Assembly (NCBI GenBank): GCA_046261635.1
Contig: JBHEOL010000172.1
Location: 1-44,850, forward strand
Source of the DNA: Thermoanaerobaculia bacterium
GTDB lineage: Bacteria; Acidobacteriota; Thermoanaerobaculia; Gp7-AA8
DNA length: 44,850 nt
Direction of reading: 5' to 3'
Positions 7,168 through 14,905 of this stretch are shown here, piece by piece. The first letter of the stretch is position 1. Every line of letters starts with the position of its first letter. The translations under genes and the position numbers were made by a program. The notes under the pieces were generated by a model that saw only the letters and a list, made by a program, of their open reading frames with translations, searched no databases and had not been told where the DNA came from.

Positions 7168-8535
7168 TCACTGCTGGTACCTCTGCTCGTAGAAGTCGAG
7201 CATCTTCTGAATTTCCTCCTTGCTCAGCCCGTGCTTCCAGGCGTGCTCGGGCATCTGGAGTGCTGCCGTGGTGACGCCCGGCATGGCATGCTCGGCCTGG
7301 GGCAGGAACTTGTTGTAGAAGTGCTTCGAAACTTCATAGAACCCGTGCCACTGGGTGAAGTCGGGTCCCATCATCGACGCCCCCATCCGAGCGCGGCGTC
7401 CTTCGTGGTGCCACAGTTCGTAGAACGTCCATTCGAGCTCTTCGTCGAACGGAGTCGGCGTGATCTTCCCCTCGGCCCTGAGGGTCTCCATGATGTCGTT
7501 GGCCGGGATCGCGAACTTGTCGTTGTAGAGCCCGACCGCGTCATCGAACATCTGGAAGTAGTTGGTGGTCCAGGTCTCGCCGTGGCATTCGAGGCAGACC
7601 TTGGTCATCCTGTCGCGGCGAATCTCCCACTCTTCGAGCCGCTTGGAGACGACCGGACGCAGAGTCCATGAGATGCGGTCGCCGATGTCGTGCGTGATTT
7701 TCTGGGTCGGCGTGGCGCTCATGTGGCACGTGGCACACGTGGGTGCGGCGGTGTAGTTCTTTCCCACGATCCACTCGTCGGCATCGAGATTCATCGCCTC
7801 GCGATGAGCGACGAACATGATCCCGTGCTTCGATTCCTCGAAGATCTCGATCTGCGGGTGATCCGGTCCCATGTGGCACCGGCCGCAGGTTCGCGGCTCA
7901 CGCGCCTGCGCCTTCGAGAAGTGATGACGCGTATGACAGGCGGTACAGGTGCCGATGGATCCGTCCGGGTTGACTCGGCCGATTCCGGTGTTCGGCCAGC
8001 TCCCCGGAAGAGGGACGCCTTTGTCGCTCACCTGGACGACCGAACCGTGACACTGTTTGCAGCCGAGGTTCGCGCCAGGCACGCCTTCGATGACCTCGCC
8101 GAGAATGTTGTCGAGGGAACCGATGAACTCAGCGGCCTTCGCATGGTGGGAGTCGGTGAACTGGTCGAACTGCTCCTTATGGCAGCTTTCGCAGTCCCGC
8201 GGGCTGGGGACCATTGCGACCTGATATCCCTCGTGAACCCAGAGGTCCTTGTCGCCCTCCTTCGCCTGGTGGCAGGACATGCAGCCGATTCCCTTGGCGG
8301 CATGGACCGACTTCTCCCACTGCCGTGAAAAGTCGACTGCCGCATGCTTTTCATCGTGACAGTTGATGCAGGCGCGCGTGACTTCGTCGGCGTGATACCG
8401 CGCCGTCTTCTCCGGCTTCGCGCGCTCTTTCTCGATCCAGCCGACGGCGATGGCCGACGCCGTGAAGGCCACGGCGAAGAGCGCTACGAGTACTTTCTTG
8501 AAATGCAAGCTCATGCTCCCTCCTGAAGAGCTCAT
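7168..8535 (-). CDS. Octaheme cytochrome c of the hydroxylamine oxidoreductase (HAO) family
   Basis: Eight CxxCH motifs (CINCH, CMSCH, CESCH, CKQCH, CTACH, CGRCH, CATCH, CLECH). The block CTACHTRHHFS...CGRCHMGPDH...SKHG resembles the heme-5/6 region of Nitrosomonas HAO as I recall it. N-terminal hydrophobic anchor/signal. 4-nt overlap with the cyt b gene. Confidence 0.85.
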   Translation of the reverse strand: MSSSGGSMSLHFKKVLVALFAVAFTASAIAVGWIEKERAKPEKTARYHADEVTRACINCHDEKHAAVDFSRQWEKSVHAAKGIGCMSCHQAKEGDKDLWVHEGYQVAMVPSPRDCESCHKEQFDQFTDSHHAKAAEFIGSLDNILGEVIEGVPGANLGCKQCHGSVVQVSDKGVPLPGSWPNTGIGRVNPDGSIGTCTACHTRHHFSKAQAREPRTCGRCHMGPDHPQIEIFEESKHGIMFVAHREAMNLDADEWIVGKNYTAAPTCATCHMSATPTQKITHDIGDRISWTLRPVVSKRLEEWEIRRDRMTKVCLECHGETWTTNYFQMFDDAVGLYNDKFAIPANDIMETLRAEGKITPTPFDEELEWTFYELWHHEGRRARMGASMMGPDFTQWHGFYEVSKHFYNKFLPQAEHAMPGVTTAALQMPEHAWKHGLSKEEIQKMLDFYEQRYQQ

Positions 8536-9638
8536 GACAGGGCTTCCCAGATCAGAAAAACGATCACCGTGGCGAGGAAAGCGCCCCCCACCACCGGTGC
8601 GATCTCGAGTTCGGGTTTACGGCGGCGGATTGCGCCGTCGATGAAAGGCCAGAAAAGGATTCCAAGGCCGGCGACGATGATCCCGGTCATGCCGAGCCAC
8701 AGCGGTGCGATCTTCAGCCACCTGAAGGCGGGGTAGAAGTACCACTCGGGCTTGACGTGGAGGGGGGTCACCTGCGGATTCGCCGGCTCACCGAGATGAG
8801 CCGGGAAAATCATCGCCAGCATCGTCACGGCGGTGACCAGGACCAGGCCGACGATCAGCTCCGTCGTCACATGATCAGGAAAGAACGCGAAGTAGCGGTT
8901 GGGATCGAACCTCTTCTTCCCCTCCCGATCCTCCTCCACGGTGATCGGCCGTTCCTGCACCTCTTTCGGGGCGTCGAGCTCCATGACCCCGTGGATCCTG
9001 AGGAGGAAGACGTGGAGGCCGATCAGAACCAGCGCCAGGACCGGCATCGCTCCGATATGCAGCACGTAAAGCCGCGTCAGCGTCGTCGGGGTGACCGTTG
9101 CGCCACCCCGCAGCAGCGCCGCGGTCCAGGGACCGACGAGCGGAAGCTGCCCCGCCACGTTCGTTCCGACCGTCGCCGCCCAATAGGAAAGCTGATCGTA
9201 AACGAGCGCGTAGCCCGTGAACGCGAACCCGAGCGTCACTCCGAGAAGCGCGACGCCCACCATCCAATTCAGCTCGCGCGGCTTCCGGTACGCGCCGGTG
9301 AAAAAGACCCGGATCGCGTGAAGGGCGACCGCCACGATCATCAGGTTCGCCGTCCAGTGATGCACCGAGCGAATCCACCAGCCGAACGGCACCGCCTCCT
9401 GGATCCGCTGCACCGATTGCCAGGCTCTTTCAGGGGAGGCTTCGTAATAGAACGTCAGCAGAATCCCCGTGGCGATCTGGATACCGAGAAGAATCAGGGG
9501 GGTGCCACCCAGCGCGTACCACCAGTTCTTCATGTGGTGCGGGATCGGTTCTTTCGACAGCTCCTCGAATACCTCGATGTCGACCGGCACTCGTTCCTTG
9601 ATGAACCGCTGCCACGAATTGACTCGTGTCGTCGTCAT
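8532..9638 (-). CDS. Cytochrome b (b6-like N-domain fused to subunit-IV-like C-domain)
   Basis: Strong by-eye similarity to cytochrome b6 (FGWWIRSVHHW, RKPRELNW, TLTRLY). His pairs are separated by 13 intervening residues (helix B) and 14 (helix D). KPEWYF (PEWY) motif in the C-terminal half. No CxxCH. Confidence 0.9.
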   Translation of the reverse strand: MTTTRVNSWQRFIKERVPVDIEVFEELSKEPIPHHMKNWWYALGGTPLILLGIQIATGILLTFYYEASPERAWQSVQRIQEAVPFGWWIRSVHHWTANLMIVAVALHAIRVFFTGAYRKPRELNWMVGVALLGVTLGFAFTGYALVYDQLSYWAATVGTNVAGQLPLVGPWTAALLRGGATVTPTTLTRLYVLHIGAMPVLALVLIGLHVFLLRIHGVMELDAPKEVQERPITVEEDREGKKRFDPNRYFAFFPDHVTTELIVGLVLVTAVTMLAMIFPAHLGEPANPQVTPLHVKPEWYFYPAFRWLKIAPLWLGMTGIIVAGLGILFWPFIDGAIRRRKPELEIAPVVGGAFLATVIVFLIWEALS

Positions 9639-9639
9639 C

Positions 9640-10089
9640 TCACGCCTCCGCCACCGGCACGGTCACGAAGACCTTGTCCTGGTCGAGTCGCACCGTGAAG
9701 GAAGCGAGCGGCGATGGAGGCGGACCGGCCGTCACCTTTCCGGCCGTGTCGAATCGTCCGTCGTGGCAGGGACAGAGGAAGTTCTTCTCTCGCGAATCCC
9801 AGCCGACCTGGCAACCGAGATGCGTGCACACCGAGGAGAAGACCCTCACGTCCCGCTCCCCGAGCCGGACCGCCAGCAGGTCGTTGCCCAGTACCGAACG
9901 GAAGCTGCGGCTCGCGCCGACCGGAAGGTCTCCGAGCTGAGTCAGCAGGATTTCTTCGGCGCTCCCGCGCCGCGCCGGAACGAGGAACCGGCGAAAGTAA
10001 TCAGCAGCAAGAACAAATCCGGGGATGAGCGCCAGGCCCATCACCAGGTTCGCAAGAAAATCGCGTCGTCGTAAGCGGGACCAGTTCAT
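9640..10089 (-). CDS. Rieske [2Fe-2S] protein
   Basis: CTHLGC...CPCHDGRF Rieske boxes. Start reassigned to ATG 10089, with a GGAGGAG SD 3 nt upstream and a Tat-like RRRDFL motif. The stop is 1 nt before the cyt b start. Confidence 0.85.
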   Translation of the reverse strand: MNWSRLRRRDFLANLVMGLALIPGFVLAADYFRRFLVPARRGSAEEILLTQLGDLPVGASRSFRSVLGNDLLAVRLGERDVRVFSSVCTHLGCQVGWDSREKNFLCPCHDGRFDTAGKVTAGPPPSPLASFTVRLDQDKVFVTVPVAEA

Positions 10090-10112
10090 GACTCCTCCGG
10101 GTTGATCCCTGG

Positions 10113-10128
10113 AGCGAGGCAGGTGCCG
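10113..10128 (-). promoter_or_regulatory. Candidate sigma-54 (-24/-12) promoter for the Rieske/cyt b/octaheme operon
   Basis: The minus strand reads CGGCACCTGCCTCGCT. The GG and GC dinucleotides have exactly the consensus spacing of TGGCAC-N5-TTGCW. It would leave only a ~13-nt leader before ATG 10089. An NtrC-type activator is encoded immediately upstream. Confidence 0.3.
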
Positions 10129-10282
10129 CGGAGCCCGTTTCAATCCAATCCACTGATTCCGTTCTACTTGCGGACTTCAAAGGCCTCGTGACCGGACGGG
10201 TCATTCGGCAGCGGATTTCCGTGTCACGTCTCACGCAAATGAGCCGAAACGACTGACGGATCTAGGCTTAGTGGGCTCGGTC

Positions 10283-10306
10283 GAATCGGCAGTCGACTGC
10301 CGATTC
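10283..10306. promoter_or_regulatory. Perfect 24-bp palindrome, candidate enhancer (UAS) or operator
   Basis: GAATCGGCAGTC|GACTGCCGATTC. Lies ~105 nt downstream of the response-regulator stop and ~170 bp upstream of the candidate -24/-12 element. No U-tract follows on either strand. Confidence 0.4.
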
Positions 10307-10409
10307 CGCTCTCCGGAGGAAGTTCATTGCGAACCGTGGGGAGGTGACGACCGGCGCCGGAAGCGAAACGTCGGTGGGGAGAGAACGCGGGAACAGAGGC
10401 TCTTTCAGC

Positions 10410-11789
10410 TCAGCCGGCCACAGTGGGGGACCCGCGTTCCCTCTCGCGGGGTCCCCGGACGAGCCCGTGCTTGCGAAGAAGGTTGTAGAGCTGACGGGGG
10501 GAGATGGCGCTCTTCCTGGCGACCTCCGACAGCCTTCCACCCCACGCCTGCATCGCCTGCTCGAGATACTTGCGCTCGAACTCGTCGACCACGTGCTGCT
10601 TTTCCACCTGGAATGGGGCGAGGAGGAGCTGGCCCGAGTCGCGCGGGCAGCGCAGGCGACCGCCCTGACTGAGGATGACGAGTCGCTCGAGCGTGTTCTC
10701 GAGCTCTCTCACGTTCCCTGGCCAGCGTTGCGCGGAGAGCCAGGCGATCAGGTCGGAATCGATGTCGGTGATTTCCTTCTCGTGGCGCTGGGCGAGACGA
10801 GGAAGGATGAAGTGAACCAGGTCGGGGATGTCTTCGCTGCGTTCCCGCAGCGGCGGGATATGGATCGGCACGACGTTGAGCCGGTAGAACAGATCCGCGC
10901 GGAACTCGCCCGCCTCGACCTCGGCATGCAGATCGCGGTGAGTCGCCGCCACGATGCGAAGGTCGACCGCCTGGCCCGCATCGGACCCTAGGGGTGTGAC
11001 CTCTCCATCTTCGAGCAGTCGAAGGAACTTCGGCTGCAGGCTCTGCGGAAGATCGCCGATCTCGTCGAGAAAGAGCGTTCCGCCGTGCGCGGTGAGAGCG
11101 CGCCCCTGCCGCATGCGCTCGGCGCCCGTGAACGCGCCGCGGGTATGGCCGAACATCTCGGCCTCGAGCAGCGTCTCCGGAATGGCAGCGCAGTTGAGCG
11201 CGACGAATTTCTTCTGAGAGCGTCGGGAAGCGGCGTGGATCGCCCGGGCCACGACCTCTTTCCCGGTCCCGGTCTCGCCGGTGATGAGCACGGTCACTTC
11301 GGTGGGGGCGACGTCCGCAATCAGCTCCCTCATCCTCTCGATGGCGGAAGATCGGCCGACCAGCTGGCCGGCGGCCGTGGAGAGCCGCGTGTCCCGCAGA
11401 TCACGCCTCAGCCTTCGCAGCTCCACCGCCCTGCCGAGGACGAGTCCCAGCTCTTCGTAGTCGAGCGGCTTCGGCAGATACGTGAACGCACCGATCTTCA
11501 TCGCCTCGACCGCCAGCCTCTCGTCTCCATGCCCCGTGATCATCACCACCGGAACATCGGGCGCCCGGCGGTGGAGGTAGCGAAGCACATCCATGCCAGA
11601 CATGCCCGGAAGAAGATAGTCGACGACGATCACGTCCGGCTGGATTTCCGGGAGCATCGATAGCGCGATGCTTCCCTCGCTCGCTGCATGGACGACGTAA
11701 CCCTCGCGCTCGAGCGCCACGGACATGACGCGGACCGCGACGGGTTCGTCTTCCACGACGAGGACGACCGGAGGACGAGGACGCTTCAT
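10410..11789 (-). CDS. Sigma-54-dependent response regulator (NtrC/Fis family)
   Basis: Receiver domain (VLVVEDEP...VIVVDYLLPGMSG). AAA+ Walker A (GETGTGKE) and GAFTGA loop. C-terminal HTH. 4-nt overlap with the kinase gene. Confidence 0.9.
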   Translation of the reverse strand: MKRPRPPVVLVVEDEPVAVRVMSVALEREGYVVHAASEGSIALSMLPEIQPDVIVVDYLLPGMSGMDVLRYLHRRAPDVPVVMITGHGDERLAVEAMKIGAFTYLPKPLDYEELGLVLGRAVELRRLRRDLRDTRLSTAAGQLVGRSSAIERMRELIADVAPTEVTVLITGETGTGKEVVARAIHAASRRSQKKFVALNCAAIPETLLEAEMFGHTRGAFTGAERMRQGRALTAHGGTLFLDEIGDLPQSLQPKFLRLLEDGEVTPLGSDAGQAVDLRIVAATHRDLHAEVEAGEFRADLFYRLNVVPIHIPPLRERSEDIPDLVHFILPRLAQRHEKEITDIDSDLIAWLSAQRWPGNVRELENTLERLVILSQGGRLRCPRDSGQLLLAPFQVEKQHVVDEFERKYLEQAMQAWGGRLSEVARKSAISPRQLYNLLRKHGLVRGPRERERGSPTVAG

Positions 11790-12856
11790 CGCGAAACGAG
11801 ACGCGCAACAACGCGCGCGCCTCCCTCCGGAGGATTCGAGACCTCGAGATCTCCACCATGAAGGCGGCAGACCTCGCGCATGATCACCAGCCCCAGTCCC
11901 GTCCCATCGGGACGCGTCGTGACGAACGGCTCGAACAGATGGTCGAACACCGCCTGCGGGAAACCGGGACCGTCGTCACGAATCTCGATCTCGAGCCACT
12001 CGCCTTCGGGTTTCGTATCCATGGAGACCTCGAGCGTCACCCGGCCGCGAGGCCCCGCGGCCCACACGGCATTCTCGACGCCGTTGTTGACGAGACGCCG
12101 GAAGAGCTCCGGATCGAGATTGACCTCGGGAAGCGACGGCGGCACGGTCAGCCGGACACCGGAACCGCTCGGGCGCAAGGTCTCGCGCAGCAGCTTCCCG
12201 ACATCGGTTTTTTGTGGATTCGGACGGAGTGGCCGGGTGACCTCGCGTAGATGGTCGATGAGCCCGCCGAGACGTCCCAGCTGATTCGAAACGATCTCGA
12301 GCATCTCGCGCGAGGCCGGGTCGGCCGACACCCGGGATGTGAGGTTGTGGACCGCCCCCGCGATGATGTTCAGCGGGTTCTTGACCTCGTGAGCCAGCTT
12401 GGCGGCCATCCTGCCCAGACCCGAGAGCTTCTCCTGATGAACGAGTTGCTCTTCGAGGACCTTCTGCCGCCGAACGTCCTGAGCCATCCAGACGACGCCG
12501 CGAAACTCCCCCTCCGGGCTCCCGATGCGGGCGTACTGAACCCGCCATCCATTGGCGCGCTCGATGACCAGCGGGTGCTGCCGTGCCTCGTCCGTCGAAC
12601 GGAAACGGTCGAATACTTTGCCGAGAGCCTTCCTCGACCGCTCCGGGTGGCACTCGGCGACCGAGCGACCGACCCTCTGCCCGACCCCTCGAATCCGGTC
12701 CGCAAGAGGATTGCAGAATACGATGCGCTCCTGCTCGTCGGTGATGATCAAGCCGGCCGGGAGGCTGCGCAGAACGTCCTCGTAGAAGGCGAGCTTCCGC
12801 TCAGCCTCGGCGAGGCGCTCATCGACACGGATTCCCGTGGACTTGACGGCGGTCAC
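11786..12856 (-). CDS. Cytoplasmic PAS-domain sensor histidine kinase
   Basis: No TM segments. PAS domain (LPAGLIITDEQERIVFCNPLA...). H-box HEVKNPLN. HATPase_c N and G boxes (NNGVENA, DDGPGF, GTGLGL). Confidence 0.85.
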   Translation of the reverse strand: MTAVKSTGIRVDERLAEAERKLAFYEDVLRSLPAGLIITDEQERIVFCNPLADRIRGVGQRVGRSVAECHPERSRKALGKVFDRFRSTDEARQHPLVIERANGWRVQYARIGSPEGEFRGVVWMAQDVRRQKVLEEQLVHQEKLSGLGRMAAKLAHEVKNPLNIIAGAVHNLTSRVSADPASREMLEIVSNQLGRLGGLIDHLREVTRPLRPNPQKTDVGKLLRETLRPSGSGVRLTVPPSLPEVNLDPELFRRLVNNGVENAVWAAGPRGRVTLEVSMDTKPEGEWLEIEIRDDGPGFPQAVFDHLFEPFVTTRPDGTGLGLVIMREVCRLHGGDLEVSNPPEGGARVVARLVSR

Positions 12857-12934
12857 GCTCCTGAACGTAGCAGCGAACGTCGGGGAAGCGCATAGCCAAC
12901 ATCACACGCCGGAAGGATGTTCGTCACCCTCGGC

Positions 12935-13264
12935 TCAGCGCTTCGAGCCCGAAGGCTTCCCCTCCAGGTCGCGGATCCAGGTCCAGACCGCAACGGCCGA
13001 CGGCAGGCCGACCACGCTGGCCGAGAGAGCGACGATCTGCTCCATCTCTTCCAGGGTCGCCCCGGCGTCGCGTGCCTTGCGGACGCTCGAGTGCACGCCC
13101 CCTTCCCGCATGGCGCCGATCGACAGGGCGAGCTTCATCAGCCGGACGTTTTTTTCGTCGAGCGGCCCCTGGCTGCCCGCCTCGCCCAGCAGGTCCCAGG
13201 CCTGGCGCACCTTAGGAAACTGCTTGCTGAACTCCTGGAAAGTCTTCGGGGGTTTGCTCTTCAT
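12935..13264 (-). CDS. Carboxymuconolactone decarboxylase (AhpD-like) family protein
   Basis: Start reassigned to ATG 13264 (AAGGAG SD). CMD-like core (LDEKNVRLMKLALSIGA...ARDAGATLEEMEQIVALSA). No CxxC motif. Confidence 0.6.
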   Translation of the reverse strand: MKSKPPKTFQEFSKQFPKVRQAWDLLGEAGSQGPLDEKNVRLMKLALSIGAMREGGVHSSVRKARDAGATLEEMEQIVALSASVVGLPSAVAVWTWIRDLEGKPSGSKR

Positions 13265-13451
13265 CGAAACTCCTTTGCCGCGAATTGGCCCTTGAAGTGA
13301 CCTGGAGAGCGTTCTACCACAATCGCGGACCCCGTTCGGTGATCGCTCCACCGACATCTCGAGGAGCGCAGCGAAGCGCGCCCGATGCTCGGGTTTCGGC
13401 GTCATTCTGAGCGAGTAACCGCCCTATGGCTGCTCGGACGAGGAGGGGTCA

Positions 13452-13913
13452 TCAGGGATCTTCGACCAGAATCTCGGTTTTCAGCGACCTGGCGATGAAG
13501 CACTCCTCATGGGCCGCTGCGTGAAGCGAGCGGAGCTCCTCGGGCGTGGGCCCGGAGCCGCCGACAAACTCGATCTTCGGCCGCAACGTGATTCGAGTGA
13601 ACGCGAGTTTTCCTTCCGGACCGGGTTCCATCACGCCGACGGCGTGGTCGAGATAACACTCGACCACGAATCCCCGCCGAGCAGCGAGGGAAAGGAACCA
13701 GAGCATGTGGCAGCTCGACGCGGAAGCCACGAGGGCCTCCTCCGGATCGACGGCCGCTTCGGACGAGAGGGGAACCGGAACCACCCGGGGAGAGGAGGAT
13801 GCAGGCACGACCACGCCGCCATCGAAGCGCCACTCGTGCGCGCGGGCGTAGCGATTGTCCGTGAACTTCGCCCCGTTTCTCCGCCAGGAGATCATCGCTT
13901 CGTACCGATGCAC
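13452..13913 (-). CDS. OsmC/Ohr-family protein
   Basis: Start reassigned to GTG 13913 (AAGGAGG SD 5 nt upstream). OsmC-like pattern (HRYEAMISW..., PEEALVASASSCHMLWFL, HEECFIARSL). Confidence 0.7.
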   Translation of the reverse strand: MHRYEAMISWRRNGAKFTDNRYARAHEWRFDGGVVVPASSSPRVVPVPLSSEAAVDPEEALVASASSCHMLWFLSLAARRGFVVECYLDHAVGVMEPGPEGKLAFTRITLRPKIEFVGGSGPTPEELRSLHAAAHEECFIARSLKTEILVEDP

Positions 13914-13938
13914 CCGCGCCTCCTTTGTCCGAGAGGCG

Positions 13939-14868
13939 TCAGGATACATCCGTGGCGTCATAGTCGCCGAACTCGGTCAGCTCCCTGAACTCGCGATAAC
14001 GCCTCTCGATCTCCTCGCGCCCGATTTCCTTCAGCCGGTCGAGCGAGAACGCCTCCACGTTGTACGAGGCCAGGACGCTGCCGAAGATGATCGCCCGCCT
14101 CAGCTTGCCCTCGGAGTGATCCGATCCAGAGGCGAGGTAGCCGAGGAACCCGCCCGCAAACGTGTCGCCCGCGCCTGTCGGATCGAACACCGCTTCCAGC
14201 GGATAGGCGGGAACCGCAAAGACCCGATCCTGCGTGACCATGAGGACGCCGTATTCGCCGCGTTTGATGACGATCGTCTTCGGCCCAAGTTCGAGAACCC
14301 TGCGCGCACCCTGAACGAGGTTCGCTTCCCCGGTGAGCTGCCTCACCTCGCCTTCGTTGATGACGACGAGATCGACGAGGCGGATCGTCTTCTCCAACTC
14401 GGCCTTTCTGGACGAGATCCAGTAGTTCATCGTGTCGAGAGCGACGAGCCCGGGCCGCTCGACCTGCGCGAGCACGGTACGCTGCAACTCGGGGTCGATG
14501 TTCGCCAGGAAGAGAACGTCGGGACGGCGAAACGATTCGGGAAGCTTCGGGTTGAAGTCCGCGAAGACGTTCAGGTCCGTGGCCCGGGTCTCCGCGACAT
14601 TGAGGTCGAACCCGTACGCTCCGCTCCAGTGAAACGTCTTGGCACCGCTGACGCGCTCGAGCCCTCCGAGATCGATCCGGCGGTTACGGAACACCTCGAG
14701 ATGTTCCTCGGTGAAGTCGTCGCCGATGACACCGACGAGCTTCACGTCCGTGAAGAAGGAGGCGGCGACCGAAAAGTAGGTGGCGGAACCGCCGACCACT
14801 TTTTCGGCCTTTCCAAAGGGAGTTTCAATGGTGTCGAAAGCCACACTTCCGACGACGAGAATGGACAA
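13939..14868 (-). CDS. PfkB-family carbohydrate/nucleoside kinase
   Basis: Start reassigned to TTG 14868 (GGAAGGAG SD 7 nt upstream); the longer ORF would overlap MTAP out of frame. Motifs GGSATY and DPTGAGDTFAGGF. Confidence 0.8.
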   Translation of the reverse strand: MSILVVGSVAFDTIETPFGKAEKVVGGSATYFSVAASFFTDVKLVGVIGDDFTEEHLEVFRNRRIDLGGLERVSGAKTFHWSGAYGFDLNVAETRATDLNVFADFNPKLPESFRRPDVLFLANIDPELQRTVLAQVERPGLVALDTMNYWISSRKAELEKTIRLVDLVVINEGEVRQLTGEANLVQGARRVLELGPKTIVIKRGEYGVLMVTQDRVFAVPAYPLEAVFDPTGAGDTFAGGFLGYLASGSDHSEGKLRRAIIFGSVLASYNVEAFSLDRLKEIGREEIERRYREFRELTEFGDYDATDVS

Positions 14869-14905
14869 GACAGAGCTCCTTCCTGGGCCTCGAGAAGGCG
14901 CAGTC

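Noticed and set aside
6998-7171. N-terminal extension of the OM barrel ORF. Analogous extensions occur in ORFs 9640..10143, 12935..13405, 13939..15078, 15769..16839, 26828..27841, 27934..29391 and 31201..32766.
   Set aside because: The extensions overlap the upstream gene or are Arg/Pro-rich. Internal starts give proper signal peptides or family N-termini, and most have strong Shine-Dalgarno sequences. I therefore used the shorter coordinates.
5426-8535. Idea that the octaheme plus barrel is a Geobacter/Shewanella-type extracellular electron transfer conduit rather than an N-oxide enzyme
   Set aside because: This is not fully excluded and is mentioned in the findings, but I downgraded it. 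The octaheme shows specific HAO-family sequence blocks. It is translationally coupled to a Rieske/cyt b pair. No extracellular multiheme lipoprotein gene accompanies the barrel in this window.
12857-12934. Sigma-54-like motif TGGCTATGCGCTTCC (minus strand) upstream of the histidine kinase gene
   Set aside because: The -24 TGGC is good, but the invariant -12 GC is CC here. One mismatch in the critical dinucleotide makes this too weak to call.
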